A DNA stretch of 64,000 nucleotides from Minutocellus sp. GHC0000111. Lineage: Eukaryota. A program made the translations under genes and the position numbers. Below are positions 1 to 11,900 of this stretch, in pieces; within the stretch, counting starts at the first letter, position 1; each line of letters opens with the position of its first letter. Where the stretch lies: positions 2,232,001 through 2,296,000 of the forward strand of contig OZ361260.1 of NCBI GenBank assembly GCA_977018835.1, read 5' to 3'. Below the pieces are notes generated by a model that had not been told where the DNA came from, did no database searches, and was given only the letters and a program-made list of their open reading frames with translations.

Positions 1-265
1 GGCAAACAGAAGGTTCTCAGACGACGTCGGTCGTCGGTCGTGCCGTTTTTGAGGCCTTCAGTGCGGCCATCCACGCCGCGCGGACCTTTCCCGGAGACTA
101 TGCATTTTGAGATATGCTCGGTACTTTTATTGTCACGATTTTCCGCTCACATCTTCACTCCACCCGTTTCCGTATCCTCTCTCTGTTGCGAAACTTGGCT
201 GCTTGACTTTCGACTGAATGATGACATTGGACTTGTTTGTAACACGCACCACGAATGCACGACAG

Positions 266-569
266 GGACGAGGGAACTGTAAACAACGAAGGTATGGGAC
301 GCAAGAGTTCCAAGAGATGCTGTATATTTCACAAGCAAAGACCGTTTGGTGAATCGTCGACGGATTCCTCCGATTATGATAGCGATGAATCAGGCTCGTC
401 TTCTTCCTCCGGCGGAGGGTTCAGCGGGGGCGGCAAGAAGGCGGCCGCCGGTGGCGGAGGCGGCAAGAAGAAAAAGGGCAAGAAGAAGAGAGGCAACAAG
501 ATTGCCAGGCCCAAATCGTCCGGGGATGGTGATAAGAAGGTCCCGGATTTTCAGCGATATCATGCGTAG
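266..569 (+). CDS. YPI1: Protein phosphatase 1 inhibitor-3 (Ypi1/PPP1R11 family), 3' exon; the upstream exon was not located
   Basis: After the acceptor AG at 264-265 the exon reads (W)[40 protein letters not shown], matching the inhibitor-3 W-D-E..V.NE..GRKSSK.CCI.HK signature. Confidence 0.85.
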
Positions 570-853
570 AAGGCGTACAGTAGGGAAGAGGAGAGACATA
601 CTGGTGGTGCGCCGTGAGGAGGAGGAGGAGGTTGCTGTTGTGTGGTGTGTGTGGTTGGTTTTGGGCACGGAGGATGCATTGGTATCGCCCGTGAACGTTG
701 CGATTGTGAAGAAACAGATACATTGCGCGTTGAGACCTATAGGATAAGAGGGCAGAGACCAGAAATGCAACGATGATGATGATATTCATCCATATTCGCA
801 AAAAATGGTGAAAACCACAAGCCAGGCAAATTTTGTTGATGACAGAAAGGCCA

Positions 854-898
854 TAGATCTACATGTAGATCTACATGTAGATCCTACCTTTACATGTA
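854..898. repeat. Tandem TAGATCTACATG repeat forming a 28-bp perfect palindrome (856-883), plus a further TACATGTA
   Basis: GATCTACATGTAGATCTACATGTAGATC is its own reverse complement; TACATGTA recurs at 891-898. Confidence 0.85.
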
Positions 899-1637
899 GT
901 AATCCCTACCGGTCAATAGATGAAATAAACTTGTACAATTACTACCGAAAAGTTCATTCTGATGTTCTACATACCATGTGCAATCTTTATTCGGATCACA
1001 TGCCACGAAAGCCCTCCCCCTTTTGACTGCAGGCTTGCTTTTTCTCGCGGCCCACTGGCACCCACTGCAGCGCTGGACTCGCTCGAATGGGATCAGTTCC
1101 ACTCTCTGGACTCACTGGACTCATCATTGAAGCAGCCCTTGTGACTTGTGACAGCCTTGAAGTTGCCGTGCATACGCAGATTTTGAAGAGGGCTTATTTC
1201 TTGAGGAAATTTATGGTTTTTGAGGCGGAAGAAACGCCTGGGGCATATGTGGAATGTCATTTTCTTCTCTCTCGGACTTTCTACGATCAAGGATTTATTG
1301 CCACAATCAAAACCAGAAGTTTGGATTCGATTCTTCGCGAGATCCTTGCCCTTCACGAACTCTCGACTCTCATTATTGAGCATCTGGTTTTGATTTGAGT
1401 GTTCCTCCTCGTCCCTCTCTCACTGCCAACATTATTGCCCCCTCGTGAAACCGGAATCCTTTTTCCCAGTCACCAGACAGAGAACACTTTCACTTTTCGT
1501 TCTCCTTCCATCTTTGCATCCACATTCTTCGCATCATTCTTCGGATCCATTCCTTGTGTGAATCCGCACCTCTCAAGCAGCCATCATCTTCCCAAGCCTA
1601 CAATATCGCAACGCACCTTCCCTACCACAATCCAACC

Positions 1638-2803
1638 ATGTCCACCATTCAAGAACAAAATATCGATGTCGTCGGCATTCTGAGCAACGCCATTGCCATC
1701 AGCGGACCGACAACATCGCCTGCAACTGCACCCAAAACCAAAACCAAGACCGTCCCTCACAAGGCCGGCAAGACGGTGTCATCCTCTACCAGCACTGGGG
1801 CCAAGAAGCGTTCGTGGAAGAAGCCGGCCGACAAGCCCAAGCGTCCCCTGTCCGCATACAATCTATTCTTCAAGGCTGAGCGCGCTCGTCTCATTTCCGG
1901 AGGAAATGAGACGATGATGATTCCAATCCAGGTGATGCCAAGCGCAAACATCGCAAGACGCACGGCAAAATTGGCTTTGCTGCATTGGCTCAGAACATTG
2001 CCGGCAAGTGGAAGACGCTGAGCGCCAAGGACCGCCGTCCGTTTGAGCAGAAGGCCGCCGTCGAGAAGGCCCGCTACCGCAAGGAACTCGAAGCCTGGCA
2101 ACAAGTCCAAAAGGAGAAGAAGCTCAATGAGCCTGCCGGTATCATCTCCAATGCTGGTGCGCCAACCGGCAACTCGTCGTCAAATAATGCCGTCCCTGAC
2201 TCGCCCGTATCTTCCTCTGATGCCACCGCTCAGACAGCTGACAACGACAAGATGATGAGCAGTGTTTCCGACAGCGCCACTTCCAACAAACACAAGAAGA
2301 AGAGCTCCAAGAGAAAGGCCGTCACCAAGGAACCTCTTTCGTCGCCCTCGAGCATGCCCTTCTATCCCATGAACCTCAAGGGATCACCGACGACTGCCAA
2401 CATTGCGCCCATCACCCTTCAGAATCTGGGCATGTCCTCTCTTGCGGCACCAATGGCCACGGCGGCAAGTATGATGCCACCAATGTCATTGGATGCCTCC
2501 ATGTCCTACGGACTGCTCCAGGACGACACCGTAGCGGTGACACCAAGTGGAAGCTGTGGTAACTCCGATGTTGAATACGACGATGACGCCGAGCGCGACA
2601 TCCTGAGCGACGTCGCCGATTCCTCCATGCTGGATGAGAGCTTCGGAGGACTGTTGCCCGGACTTCCCGTCTTCCCAACTATTGGAGCTGCTGCAACAGG
2701 TAGCGTTGATGGCATTGCCTCCACCGCCGCCGAGGAGGAGAAGATCCTGATGCAGGCCGATGCTTTCCCAGCAATGGATAAGCTCATGAGTGAGGCTTTC
2801 TAA
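1638..2803 (+). CDS. HMG-box transcription factor, paralog 1, with an apparent 1-nt frameshift near 1908-1912 (assembly error or pseudogene)
   Basis: One frame gives WKKPADKPKRPLSAYNLFFKAERARL. The shifted frame continues DDDDSNPGDAKRKHRKTHGKIGFAALAQNIAGKWKTLSAKDRRPFEQKAAVEKARY. Together they make one HMG box colinear with paralog 2. Confidence 0.85.
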
Positions 2804-3346
2804 GAGTCTTTGGAGAGATTGCTAAGAAGGTGCAAGCATAGCAAGGGCCCGTATGCAGAATAATTTCATCGTTCAAAGAAGGGACCATCACCAACAGCCG
2901 GAGCATATGCTCACACGCGGTACAACGGGCCGCCTTACACATCATATATGGAGAAAAATCAATGCATGCATGGAATTACATCAACCAAATACATGTACAT
3001 GTCAACAACATGAATCTTTTAATTGACCAATTGTTCATTAAAAATAAAAATCTGAGTGGCAGCTTCTTAAAGAAAGAACAAATATTTCCCGGTACGAACG
3101 GATAGATTATTCAAGCACACGGAATATACTCCTTTAGCTCTCTAGAAAGCCAGATAGAGTAGAGAACGAGGCGGGGAGAAATGTTGAGCAGCAGAAAATC
3201 CTTCTCGGCTTCGAGAGAATCCTCGACTCACTCGACTCGCTCGACAGAATCCGACGTGGCAGGAACGAGTTTTCGGGGGGACGTAGCTAAAAACAGCTGC
3301 CAAAGACACTGCAAATGCAGCTGCTTGCGATTCTGTTAGCCACGTA

Positions 3347-6300
3347 CCTTTCGGTTTCAGAGGATTTGTAGATGGTATACCAATAACCCCTAAAAAAGGT
3401 CATTCTTGCACCCATTTCTCATTTCCCACCACGTGTTTTGTTAGTCGACATTCTCTTCGGGAGGAACGCAAATGCTCCTCAACTCGTGGACATCTACTGG
3501 ACCTGCTCATTCAGTAGGTTGCCACCGACCAGTAGTATCCACTGAATTCGCAGGTCCAGTAGATTCTGGCAGGAACACATGTGTTTTTTGGTCCCCCGCA
3601 CACCCTCACCGCAACCCCGCAAATTTTGTGACGATGACGACGACCAACCAGACCACGCCCAAAAAATACAAACGCACAGCAGAACTTCGTTCTCAGGGAG
3701 CAAGAGAGGCAACACCAAGGCATCCAGGAAGGCGGCAAAGGCGGCAGCTGAGCCGAAAACACCATCGCCGAGAGCGCAAACACGTCGAAGAAGCGGCCAC
3801 GGGTCAAGTTCGCCCCCGCCAAGCCGTCACCGTCGTCGGCGAAGAAGAGGACGGGCCCCTCCTCCTATCCCCATGGCCTTTCTCCTTGCAGCAGATGTCA
3901 TTCGAAGGGCTGGTAAGGATCTGTGGTGGAGAGCAACAACCCCCGATTCCTGCGGCAAAGATGACATTTGTGTTGGTTCTCGGCAGAAACAAACAATGGG
4001 AAGACGTCCTCCCTGCTTTCATCGAGGCCGACTTGTTGCGTTCCAAGTCCGTCGGTGGAGGAAAGTATGAGCTACAGCACAACGAGGAAAAATGGAAGGA
4101 CATGCAGCAACATCTCAAGGAGGAGCATTGTAGTTTGAAGTTGCACTTGTCGACGCATCGGCCGAGAGGGAAGACAAGACGCAGGGCGCTTCATGTTTGT
4201 GCTCACAGGTTGCGTAAAAAGAAGGAGGACAACCACCCGAAATTCTCTGGACCGGAGGGACAGAAGGTGCACGAGAAAAGAAATCCCGATGAAGTTCTGT
4301 TCTCTGGGCGCTCGACTGTCTTAGCTGCTAAGCTAGGTGAGAGGTTGTCAGCTCACAGAAAGGAGGTGCAGTCAGCGCATTGCGAAGCAAGAGCAAAATC
4401 ACTAGTCGACGAGGCCAAGAAACTGGGTTGGATGCCAGCAAGTCTCCTCAGCATGCTGAAGGGAACTGGTGACACTTCCGCCACTGAAGCAGCTGCAGCC
4501 TCCCCCAATGATGAAGGTTTAGGAGGAGCCGATGCTTCCGTTGTCTGTGCCACCTCCAGTGACATTGATGAACAGGCAAAGGTCGCTCTCGGCCTCGACT
4601 TTGTTGTTCGGATGGCCAACGATGACGTGCTCCGTCCTCCTCGTCCCAATGCAGCCGTCACCGATCCAATGCCAATCAGAAAAAAAAAGCAGGCGAATGA
4701 AAGAATGCGGTTCAGCGCCGTGGCTCTCGCGGATTGGTGGGGATGCGGCGACCCAACTCGCACGTGTGAAGACCGGCAACAAGTTGCAACTGCCGCGCGT
4801 CGGCAAGTTGCGCACGATCACGGTTATGCCAAGTCAACCGGTGGTTCTCAGCTTTACAAGTGGAGAGACCAGCTCTACAAAAGCCTTACTGATGGCATCA
4901 GCAATCCCATCGGCAGAAAGGAGGTTCGTGGAAGGAAGGCACACACGGACATGATCGAGGAGAAGGAGCCAGGATGTCTCCCCGCGAGCTGTGTCGGTGT
5001 GCTGCTCGGATGAAGGGTGCGATGGCAACCTTTAAGGAGCTAGCTGACTGCATGAGCGCAAAATCAGCTACTCCAGATGAAGACAGGCTGACAATTAGTC
5101 TCCATCGTCTTCAGCTTTTTCGCTGGTGGAAAAAGCAAGGCGGCAAGGAGAAGTCGTCGATCGAGAAGCCGAGGCTCACCCCCGAATGTTGTAGGAAGCG
5201 ACTTGATTGGATCGAAAAGTGGGAGGACATTGCGACCGATCCCAACATTCCTGTAGCGTGTCTTGATGAAAAGTGGTTTTACACTGCTGCTCGGCGACGA
5301 AAGATCAAGATGTTGCCACTTTCTGACGAAGAGCTAAGCAGTCCGAACCTCGCGTCTATCCATGCTTCCGAGGCAAGCCCGAAAATTCGATCCAGAAGAC
5401 ACCCTGTCAAAGTTATGCATCTTGGAGTTGTTGGCCGACCAATGAAGGATGAAACCAAAGACGTTGATTTCAATGGGCGCATCATGATCAAGAGAGTCGC
5501 CAGGGAGCAGAAGGTGGAAAAGCTTGCGCGTAATCAGAGTTTCTCTCCAGATGTGCTAAGGTCAACGATGCGCTAAAAAATGACAAAGATTGGCGCGACA
5601 TTTACGACGAGAATGCTGACATGACCGCCGGCCATCTTTGCGACCACATTGCCGAAATCTACGGCCTTTCTCATTTTTGTTACAGAGCGATTGGAACTTC
5701 AATACGAGGACTATAAATCCGACGGTCAGGCAAAAAGTCGCAAGCATGCCGCTGTTGGCTACAATCAAAAGATCTCGAGTCTCAAGCGACACACTCCTGA
5801 TAGCAATGGAGAGAAGGTGAAGGTTGAGATCGACGACCTTGAGCTCGGGGTGCGGTATCAACGGGGCGATAAGGTTACCGAGGACTGTAGCTGCGACTCC
5901 AAATGGATGTTGGAGACTGTGAATGAGGTCGGGAAGGCGATTCGAGACGCACATCATTGGGTGAAGTGGGATCCACAAAACATTCAGGAGTCTGATGTTA
6001 TGTGTCTCTTATGATGGACAATGCCGGCAGTCATGGGTCCAATGAAGCAGTTGAGAAGTACACCGAGGACCTCAAAAACAAATATAAGATTGAGATAATC
6101 CAGCAGGTTCCTCGGTCGCCCGAGACAAATGTTCTTGATCTCGGCATCTGGATGTCTTTGCAGTCGGCCGTCGAAAAGGAGCATCGCGGTCAGAAGAATG
6201 ATGCGAATGCTCTTGACAAGACTGTGATGAAAGTATGGGCCAATGTCGCATCAAAAGAGGCCTTTCTCAATGTATTTGGAAAACTTCCAGTGATATATAA

Positions 6301-6821
6301 CAACATCAAGAGAAGTCGTGGCGGTAACAATCTTGTGGAGACCAGACGGGGAAAGGCTGGTCTCGCAAAAATTGCCGAGGAAGAAGCTGAAGAGGATGGT
6401 GAACCACTCTGGCCAATTGATGCTCCCGGCGAAGATGATGACATTGAGGACGACATAGATGAAAATGATGAAGACGATGGAGTCATTGATTTGCTATAAC
6501 TTATCATAGCATGTCCATTTCTATTCATTACATTTTGATTTGGTGCTTGCTTCCAAAAATGTACATGTTTTTTCCCGGGGTGAGGAATGCAAATGTCGAA
6601 AAAAATCATCACATAATGTACATTTATTGGTTCTGGTGCACAATATCTCTCGACTATATGTAGAAGTTGGTGACCATAACTTGGTTCTTGCCCCGACTTC
6701 CATCTTGGCCGTCATTTATTCCTCGGAGTTAGAAAAAGTGAGCTTGGATTTTTGGTCTGGTGTGGTCGTGTTTCTAATACGTCATCATCACGTCACTTTC
6801 AAATCCTCTGAACTCGAAAGG
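3347..6821 (+). mobile_element. Complete Tc1/mariner-superfamily DNA transposon, DD39D (plant-mariner-like) type, 3475 bp
   Basis: Left TIR CCTTTCGGTTTCAGAGGATTTG (3347-3368). The right TIR (6800-6821) reverse-complements to CCTTTCGAGTTCAGAGGATTTG (20/22 match). TA flanks both ends (3345-3346, 6822-6823). Internal transposase motifs are present. Confidence 0.92.
3472..6499 (+). pseudogene. DD39D transposase, broken by several frameshifts (near 4980, 5560, 5675, 6005)
   Basis: Motifs LDEKWFY (D at 5265), PVKVMHLGVVGRP, MDNAGSHG (D at 6017) and QVPRSPETNVLDLGIW. Exactly 39 residues lie between the second and third Asp. The motifs are spread over several reading frames. Confidence 0.88.
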
Positions 6822-6856
6822 TATCTTTCTGCGGCATCTCAAATTTTTCGAGGGCA

Positions 6857-8284
6857 ATGCCACAATCCATCGAAGAGACCGGATCGAAGTGCACAATGAT
6901 CTCCGCTCCCGCCATAATGCAGCAGGCTCCCGCCGCCACCGACAACGCCGACATCAAGGGAATCCTTTCCCGTGCTCTGGAGATGACAACCGATACGACA
7001 ACGACCGGCACCGACGCGCCTTCCACGGTCACGGCACCGACGGACGCCAAGATGGTCGAAACGAGCACAACTTTGGTGCCGGGATCTTCTGCTTCGTCGT
7101 CTAATGTTTCGTCTCCAACTGATACCAAGGCAGCTGCCGGTGCAGTTGCTCCTACCGATATCAACTCCAGTTCCACCACAAGCATCACCGCCATCACGGC
7201 GCGCCGAAGCGGGAGAAGTCGCAAGCCAAGTTCCAAGGCCGTGGAAAACAAGGCCAACGCCGCGGCCCTGGCAGCCGCGGGACTTCTCGGACACGGCGAC
7301 GAGTACGACCCCGCCGCGGCTCGGGTTGCCGTCATCAGTCGAGAATCCTCCACGCTGTCCCTCGTCGCCCCGTCCTCTCCTACCGTGACCTCCTCCTCGG
7401 CGGTTGACACCGGTGCCAGTCCCACCGCGGTCGTCTCCCCCAAGGGCGGAAAGAAATCCTGGAAGAAGCCCGTCGGCAAGCCCAAGCGTCCCCTGTCGGC
7501 GTACAACATCTTCTTCAAGGAGGAGAGGGCTCGTCTCGTCGCCGAGATCAACAGTTCCGCTTCCGGCGGTGCCTCGGCAACCACCGAGGAGGCCGACAGG
7601 CAGCAGTCCGAGGCCGCCCGCAGCCACCGCAAGACGCACGGCATGGGCTTCGCCGGACTGGCCCAGAACATTGCCGGCAAGTGGAAGACCTTGGACAATG
7701 CCAGCCGCCGTCCCTACGAGAAGAAGGCCGCCGTCGACAAGGCCCGCTACGTCCGAGAGGTGGCCGCGTGGAAGACCTCGCTTCAGGAGGCCGGGGAGCA
7801 GGGCCACGCCGCCGGGTACTCCACCGCTCCGTCGACGCCTCGGGCTCATCAGGTGACCGACTCGTCGTCCGAGGATGAGACTCCTCGGCGCCGCGGGAAG
7901 AAGAGAAAGAGTCCTGGCAAGAAGAAGCGGAAGCAGTCCAAGTCTCCCAAGAAGCAGCGCAGTCGCGCTACCTCTGGTACCAGTGCCAGTGCGGCTGCCA
8001 ACCAGCACCAACTTTTCCACATGCACCACGAGCAGCAGATGGACACCTCCGAGCAGTACTACCTTCCCAGTCATCAATCGACCGGAACTTCCACGACCGC
8101 CAAGGGCATTGCCATGTTTGAGCCGACCGCCGTCCAGTCTTCCTCCGCCGCCGCTGCTCCTGCCGCTGCCCAAGGGTATTTGCCCCCCACTCACGCCCCG
8201 CAGCAGTGGGACGGCCTCGACCAGATGATGCTCGGGGTCGGCGGCGATGGCGATCTCAACGACATTTTGTCCCTCGACTTCTGA
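6857..8284 (+). CDS. HMG-box transcription factor, paralog 2
   Basis: Intact 475-aa ORF containing WKKPVGKPKRPLSAYNIFFKEERARL...HRKTHGMGFAGLAQNIAGKWKTLD...YEKKAAVDKARY. Confidence 0.92.
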   Translation: MPQSIEETGSKCTMISAPAIMQQAPAATDNADIKGILSRALEMTTDTTTTGTDAPSTVTAPTDAKMVETSTTLVPGSSASSSNVSSPTDTKAAAGAVAPTDINSSSTTSITAITARRSGRSRKPSSKAVENKANAAALAAAGLLGHGDEYDPAAARVAVISRESSTLSLVAPSSPTVTSSSAVDTGASPTAVVSPKGGKKSWKKPVGKPKRPLSAYNIFFKEERARLVAEINSSASGGASATTEEADRQQSEAARSHRKTHGMGFAGLAQNIAGKWKTLDNASRRPYEKKAAVDKARYVREVAAWKTSLQEAGEQGHAAGYSTAPSTPRAHQVTDSSSEDETPRRRGKKRKSPGKKKRKQSKSPKKQRSRATSGTSASAAANQHQLFHMHHEQQMDTSEQYYLPSHQSTGTSTTAKGIAMFEPTAVQSSSAAAAPAAAQGYLPPTHAPQQWDGLDQMMLGVGGDGDLNDILSLDF

Positions 8285-8984
8285 GAGGGTTGATACTACG
8301 TTGTGCCATCGTGCACTCAGAAGCGCAGGAGGAACAAGAGAGGTTGGTTCGATAAATATGTCACGCTACATTCCGTTTTTTTGTGGAGGTCCCAGAGCAA
8401 GAGATTAAAAATGATATAGGCAGAGACAACCTTCACAAAACTCCAATCCAAGGAACACCATCGACTGAAATTCGCACCAAATAGCCAAAACAAGATGAGA
8501 GGGATTCATGATTCTTTGATAGCAAATCAACAACGTACATACATTGTCGCCCAGAGATCCAACAACCCCTTTGGAACGAACCATCAAAACAGTCGCACTT
8601 CAACCAATGTTCCAACTATTTTTATTATTTGTTCTTCATGACCATTCGTTACCCCTGCCCTTTCCAAAAGCGCCGTTGATGTTGCTGTGTCGTGTTCCTT
8701 TCCTTTGAAGGCATTCATTTGTTCCTTGCCGGTGCCTTTGTCGGGGGCAATGGCCCAGTATCAACGCACACTCTAAACACTCAGAAGCGCCGAGCCATTC
8801 ATTTCTTTCGAAGTAGAGCATAGAGAAAAATACAAAAGATACGGAAGATCATAGCAAGTAAGAAGTTTCTAGTAGTAGACAACTTCGTCGCGAAATTTTG
8901 TTTATGTTAGCTGTAAGTTATCTGTCCCACCGCAGAGGCGTCATTTGTTCTCCCCAAGATTTCAAGATCGCATGGAACTCAGTG

Positions 8985-11900
8985 CTATCTATCGGATATA
9001 CAAACCTCGAACGGAAGTTCCAGCACGATGGCTTGTACCAAGAAAATGATGTAGAAGAAGAACATGACGAGACCGGTCATCTTGGTTAATCTCCAACCCT
9101 GGCAATGAATCACAATCACGATCAGAACCAGCATAGCCAACAGAACGAATATGGATATCCATATGTTTTCGGCGCCAATCTGTATTGGTATTGGCAAAGT
9201 GAGTGGGACATGAGAAAGAAGGAAGAGGGTAAAAAATGAGCGGAGGAGATGCGACCCAAACGAGGACAATTGCTTCTTCGAACAATGCGGACAAACTCAC
9301 AATGACCGAATTCTTCTTGGCGGCAGTGTAGATGATCCACGGAACCGGCAGGCCAACGAGTATGTCAAAAATGTTGCTACCGATGGAGCTCGATACAGCC
9401 ATGTCGCCTTCACCCTTTCTGGCGACGATGACGCTCGATAAGAGATCGGGAACTGAGGTACCGGCCGCTAGGAACGTCAGACCCATGACGACGCTCGGGA
9501 TGCCAAGAGTGTTGCCAATGATCTCAGTCCACTCTACCATCAAGAACGAGTACACCCCAATCCAAACAATCGACGTTACGAACGAAAAGTAGCACCATTT
9601 GCCACATCCCGGTCTGGATACGTCAGGGATTGTAAAGGTCAGCGTCGCAACGATGAGAAGAAGGATGATGTACTTGATCCATGCCATACATCCATCTCCT
9701 CGCGGGGGGATGAGGTTCTCGTACCACACCTCAGCCAACTCTTCTTCGGCAAGCTTCTTCTGATGTTCGTAAATGAGAGAGTGGAAGTACCACTCGGCAA
9801 ATTCATCAAATGTAATCTGGTCAGGGTCACCCTCCTTGTACATGGCATCCATCGCCTCCTTGATATCATCTTCTGTCACCCGTGGCTCAATCTGCTCCAG
9901 CAGTTTCCGAAGTTCGTCTCTATCGATTGTTCCCGAGTCGTCTTCATCGAACATATCGAACGTTTCTCGGACCTTGGACTTTATTCTATCCTCGGAACGA
10001 ATGTACCATGCTGCAAACTCGGGCTCGCTTATCTGCGCGTTGGAACAAAGCGAGAGTGGATATGATACCGAAAGGGAAAATAGAAAACGAGTAAACTATT
10101 AGAGATATGTGAAGAAAGATGAATGGGCATAGAAAATACCAAGAGAACCAAAGAACAAACAACTAAAGGGAACCAGGCATATAAACCTACCAAGCCATCG
10201 CCGTCCGTATCCAGCTCGTTGAAAACAGAGGCAAGCTCGCGATCACTGATTTCGCAATCCAATCGCTCGAAGAGCTTTTTCAGCTCGTGCATGTCGATCT
10301 GACCATCGCCATTGAGGTCGCAAGACTTGAAGACATAGTCGGCATCACCCGCGAGCTTGGACACGATGCCCACTCCAGCGGTCTCGAGCCAGGAATTGGG
10401 ATCTCGCAGCAATTTCAGGATGCCTGCCCGGAACGTCCCTGGCCACCGGAAGTCGACCTGCTGCCGAACTTCGGCGTTGGCCTTGGCCCGAGCGCTGGCC
10501 GTACTGCCCGTGTGACTTGCGTAGCTGACGACAGAACGGACCGATCCACCCTGGGTGTGGGCCAGAGCAGCAAGAGAAGGGCGGCCACCGCCATTGGGCG
10601 CACCCTCCCGCTGCCCTTCCTCTACGTTGAATCTGACAGATGTAGTATGGTGACCATCCGCGGAGATGTCCGCCGCATCCTCATCCTCGTCCTCGTCCCC
10701 ACTGCCGTGTTTGACGACCTCCTTTTCCCCCTCCTCTTCTTTTTTGGACTCATCATCCTCTGGCTCGTCGAGGAATTTTGCTTCGTCGGCAGGAGCCGCT
10801 TCTCCCGCCTCGCCGCTGCGGATCATGTCCTCCCCGTTAGCCTCGGCGTTTCCGCCGCTGCCTCCAGCGTCGCCCTCACCGTCCAGGGGGTACAGGTCCT
10901 TCCCCGTGAGACGCTTGTACAGCGTCTTGTTGTACGCCATGACGAGGACGTAGCCCAGGTACATCACAAAGAGGACGATCGCCTCCCAAAGCTCGATCTC
11001 GCCCTCGGAAACGACGCCAACGAAGATGGCCAGCACGACCAGGCCGACGGCGTAGTAGGAGCAATCCCGAAAGAGTGGCCACCACGTCAGCTTGAGGACC
11101 TCGCGGGAGAAGAGGGAGCAGCACGCAATGACGAACAGGACATTGAATGTTGCCGAACCGACGATGGTACCGATGCCCACCTCGGATTCCTGAAACGTGC
11201 CAATGAGCGACGTGAAGAGCTCCGGGGCCGAACCTCCTGCTGCCATGAGGGTGGCGCCGGCCACGTCCATCGATAGGTTCAGGCGGCGTTCCGACGCCAT
11301 CTCCTCGAGGGCGGGGACGAAGAATTCGTCACAAACGATGGCCAAAGCCAAGAACATGTAGATCACGCCAATAATGTACCAGAGCAGCCACCACGTCGGG
11401 TCGGCCGTCTTGATGTCCGAGCACAGCTGCATGAGGCGCCTTTGGAGAGTTGGTTTGGAAGATTTTACATCATGTGTCACAAATGGAGTTGTATCGTCTT
11501 TTGCTCCCAATGGATCCTCTTTACCATTTCTATTTTCAGAAAGGCGCCGTGCTTCTGTTGCTGCTGTATCTGCTACTATTGCAGAGGAAGCCACAATGTC
11601 TTGCATAATATCTTCTCCTCCCTCCGCCGGAAGATGCGTATTCCTATTGCCCTCTTCGACTGAGGAAGACGAGGTAAGACCCAGCGCTGCGCTCACATGG
11701 GAAAGTCTCGACCGTACTCTGCCCACCCTTCCCGTCGGTTGCATCGGGGCGACGGCCCATCTCGGTTGTTGATGCTGCCTTGAGGCGCGTATCCCATGGG
11801 TGTTCGTCGAAGAAGCTCCTCCATCTTGCTCGGAGCTGAAACCGCCCCTGTCGGTCGCTACGTTCAAAACCAGTACAAATCCTACTAACCCTACCAACGT

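Noticed and set aside
1895..1930. Programmed ribosomal frameshift in HMG paralog 1
   Set aside because: There is no slippery heptamer or obvious downstream structure, the paralog is continuous, and similar indels occur in other genes
3372..6635. CCAATAA/TTATTGG and TCGACATT/AATGTCGA matches as candidate transposon ends
   Set aside because: They are only 7-8 bp with no TSD; the 22-bp TIR pair with TA flanks defines the ends much better
6799..8194. Long minus-strand ORFs (299 and 451 aa) over HMG paralog 2, and similar shadow ORFs over NCKX, HIP, IleRS and ERV46
   Set aside because: These are antisense shadows of GC-rich coding sequence and have no protein-like motifs
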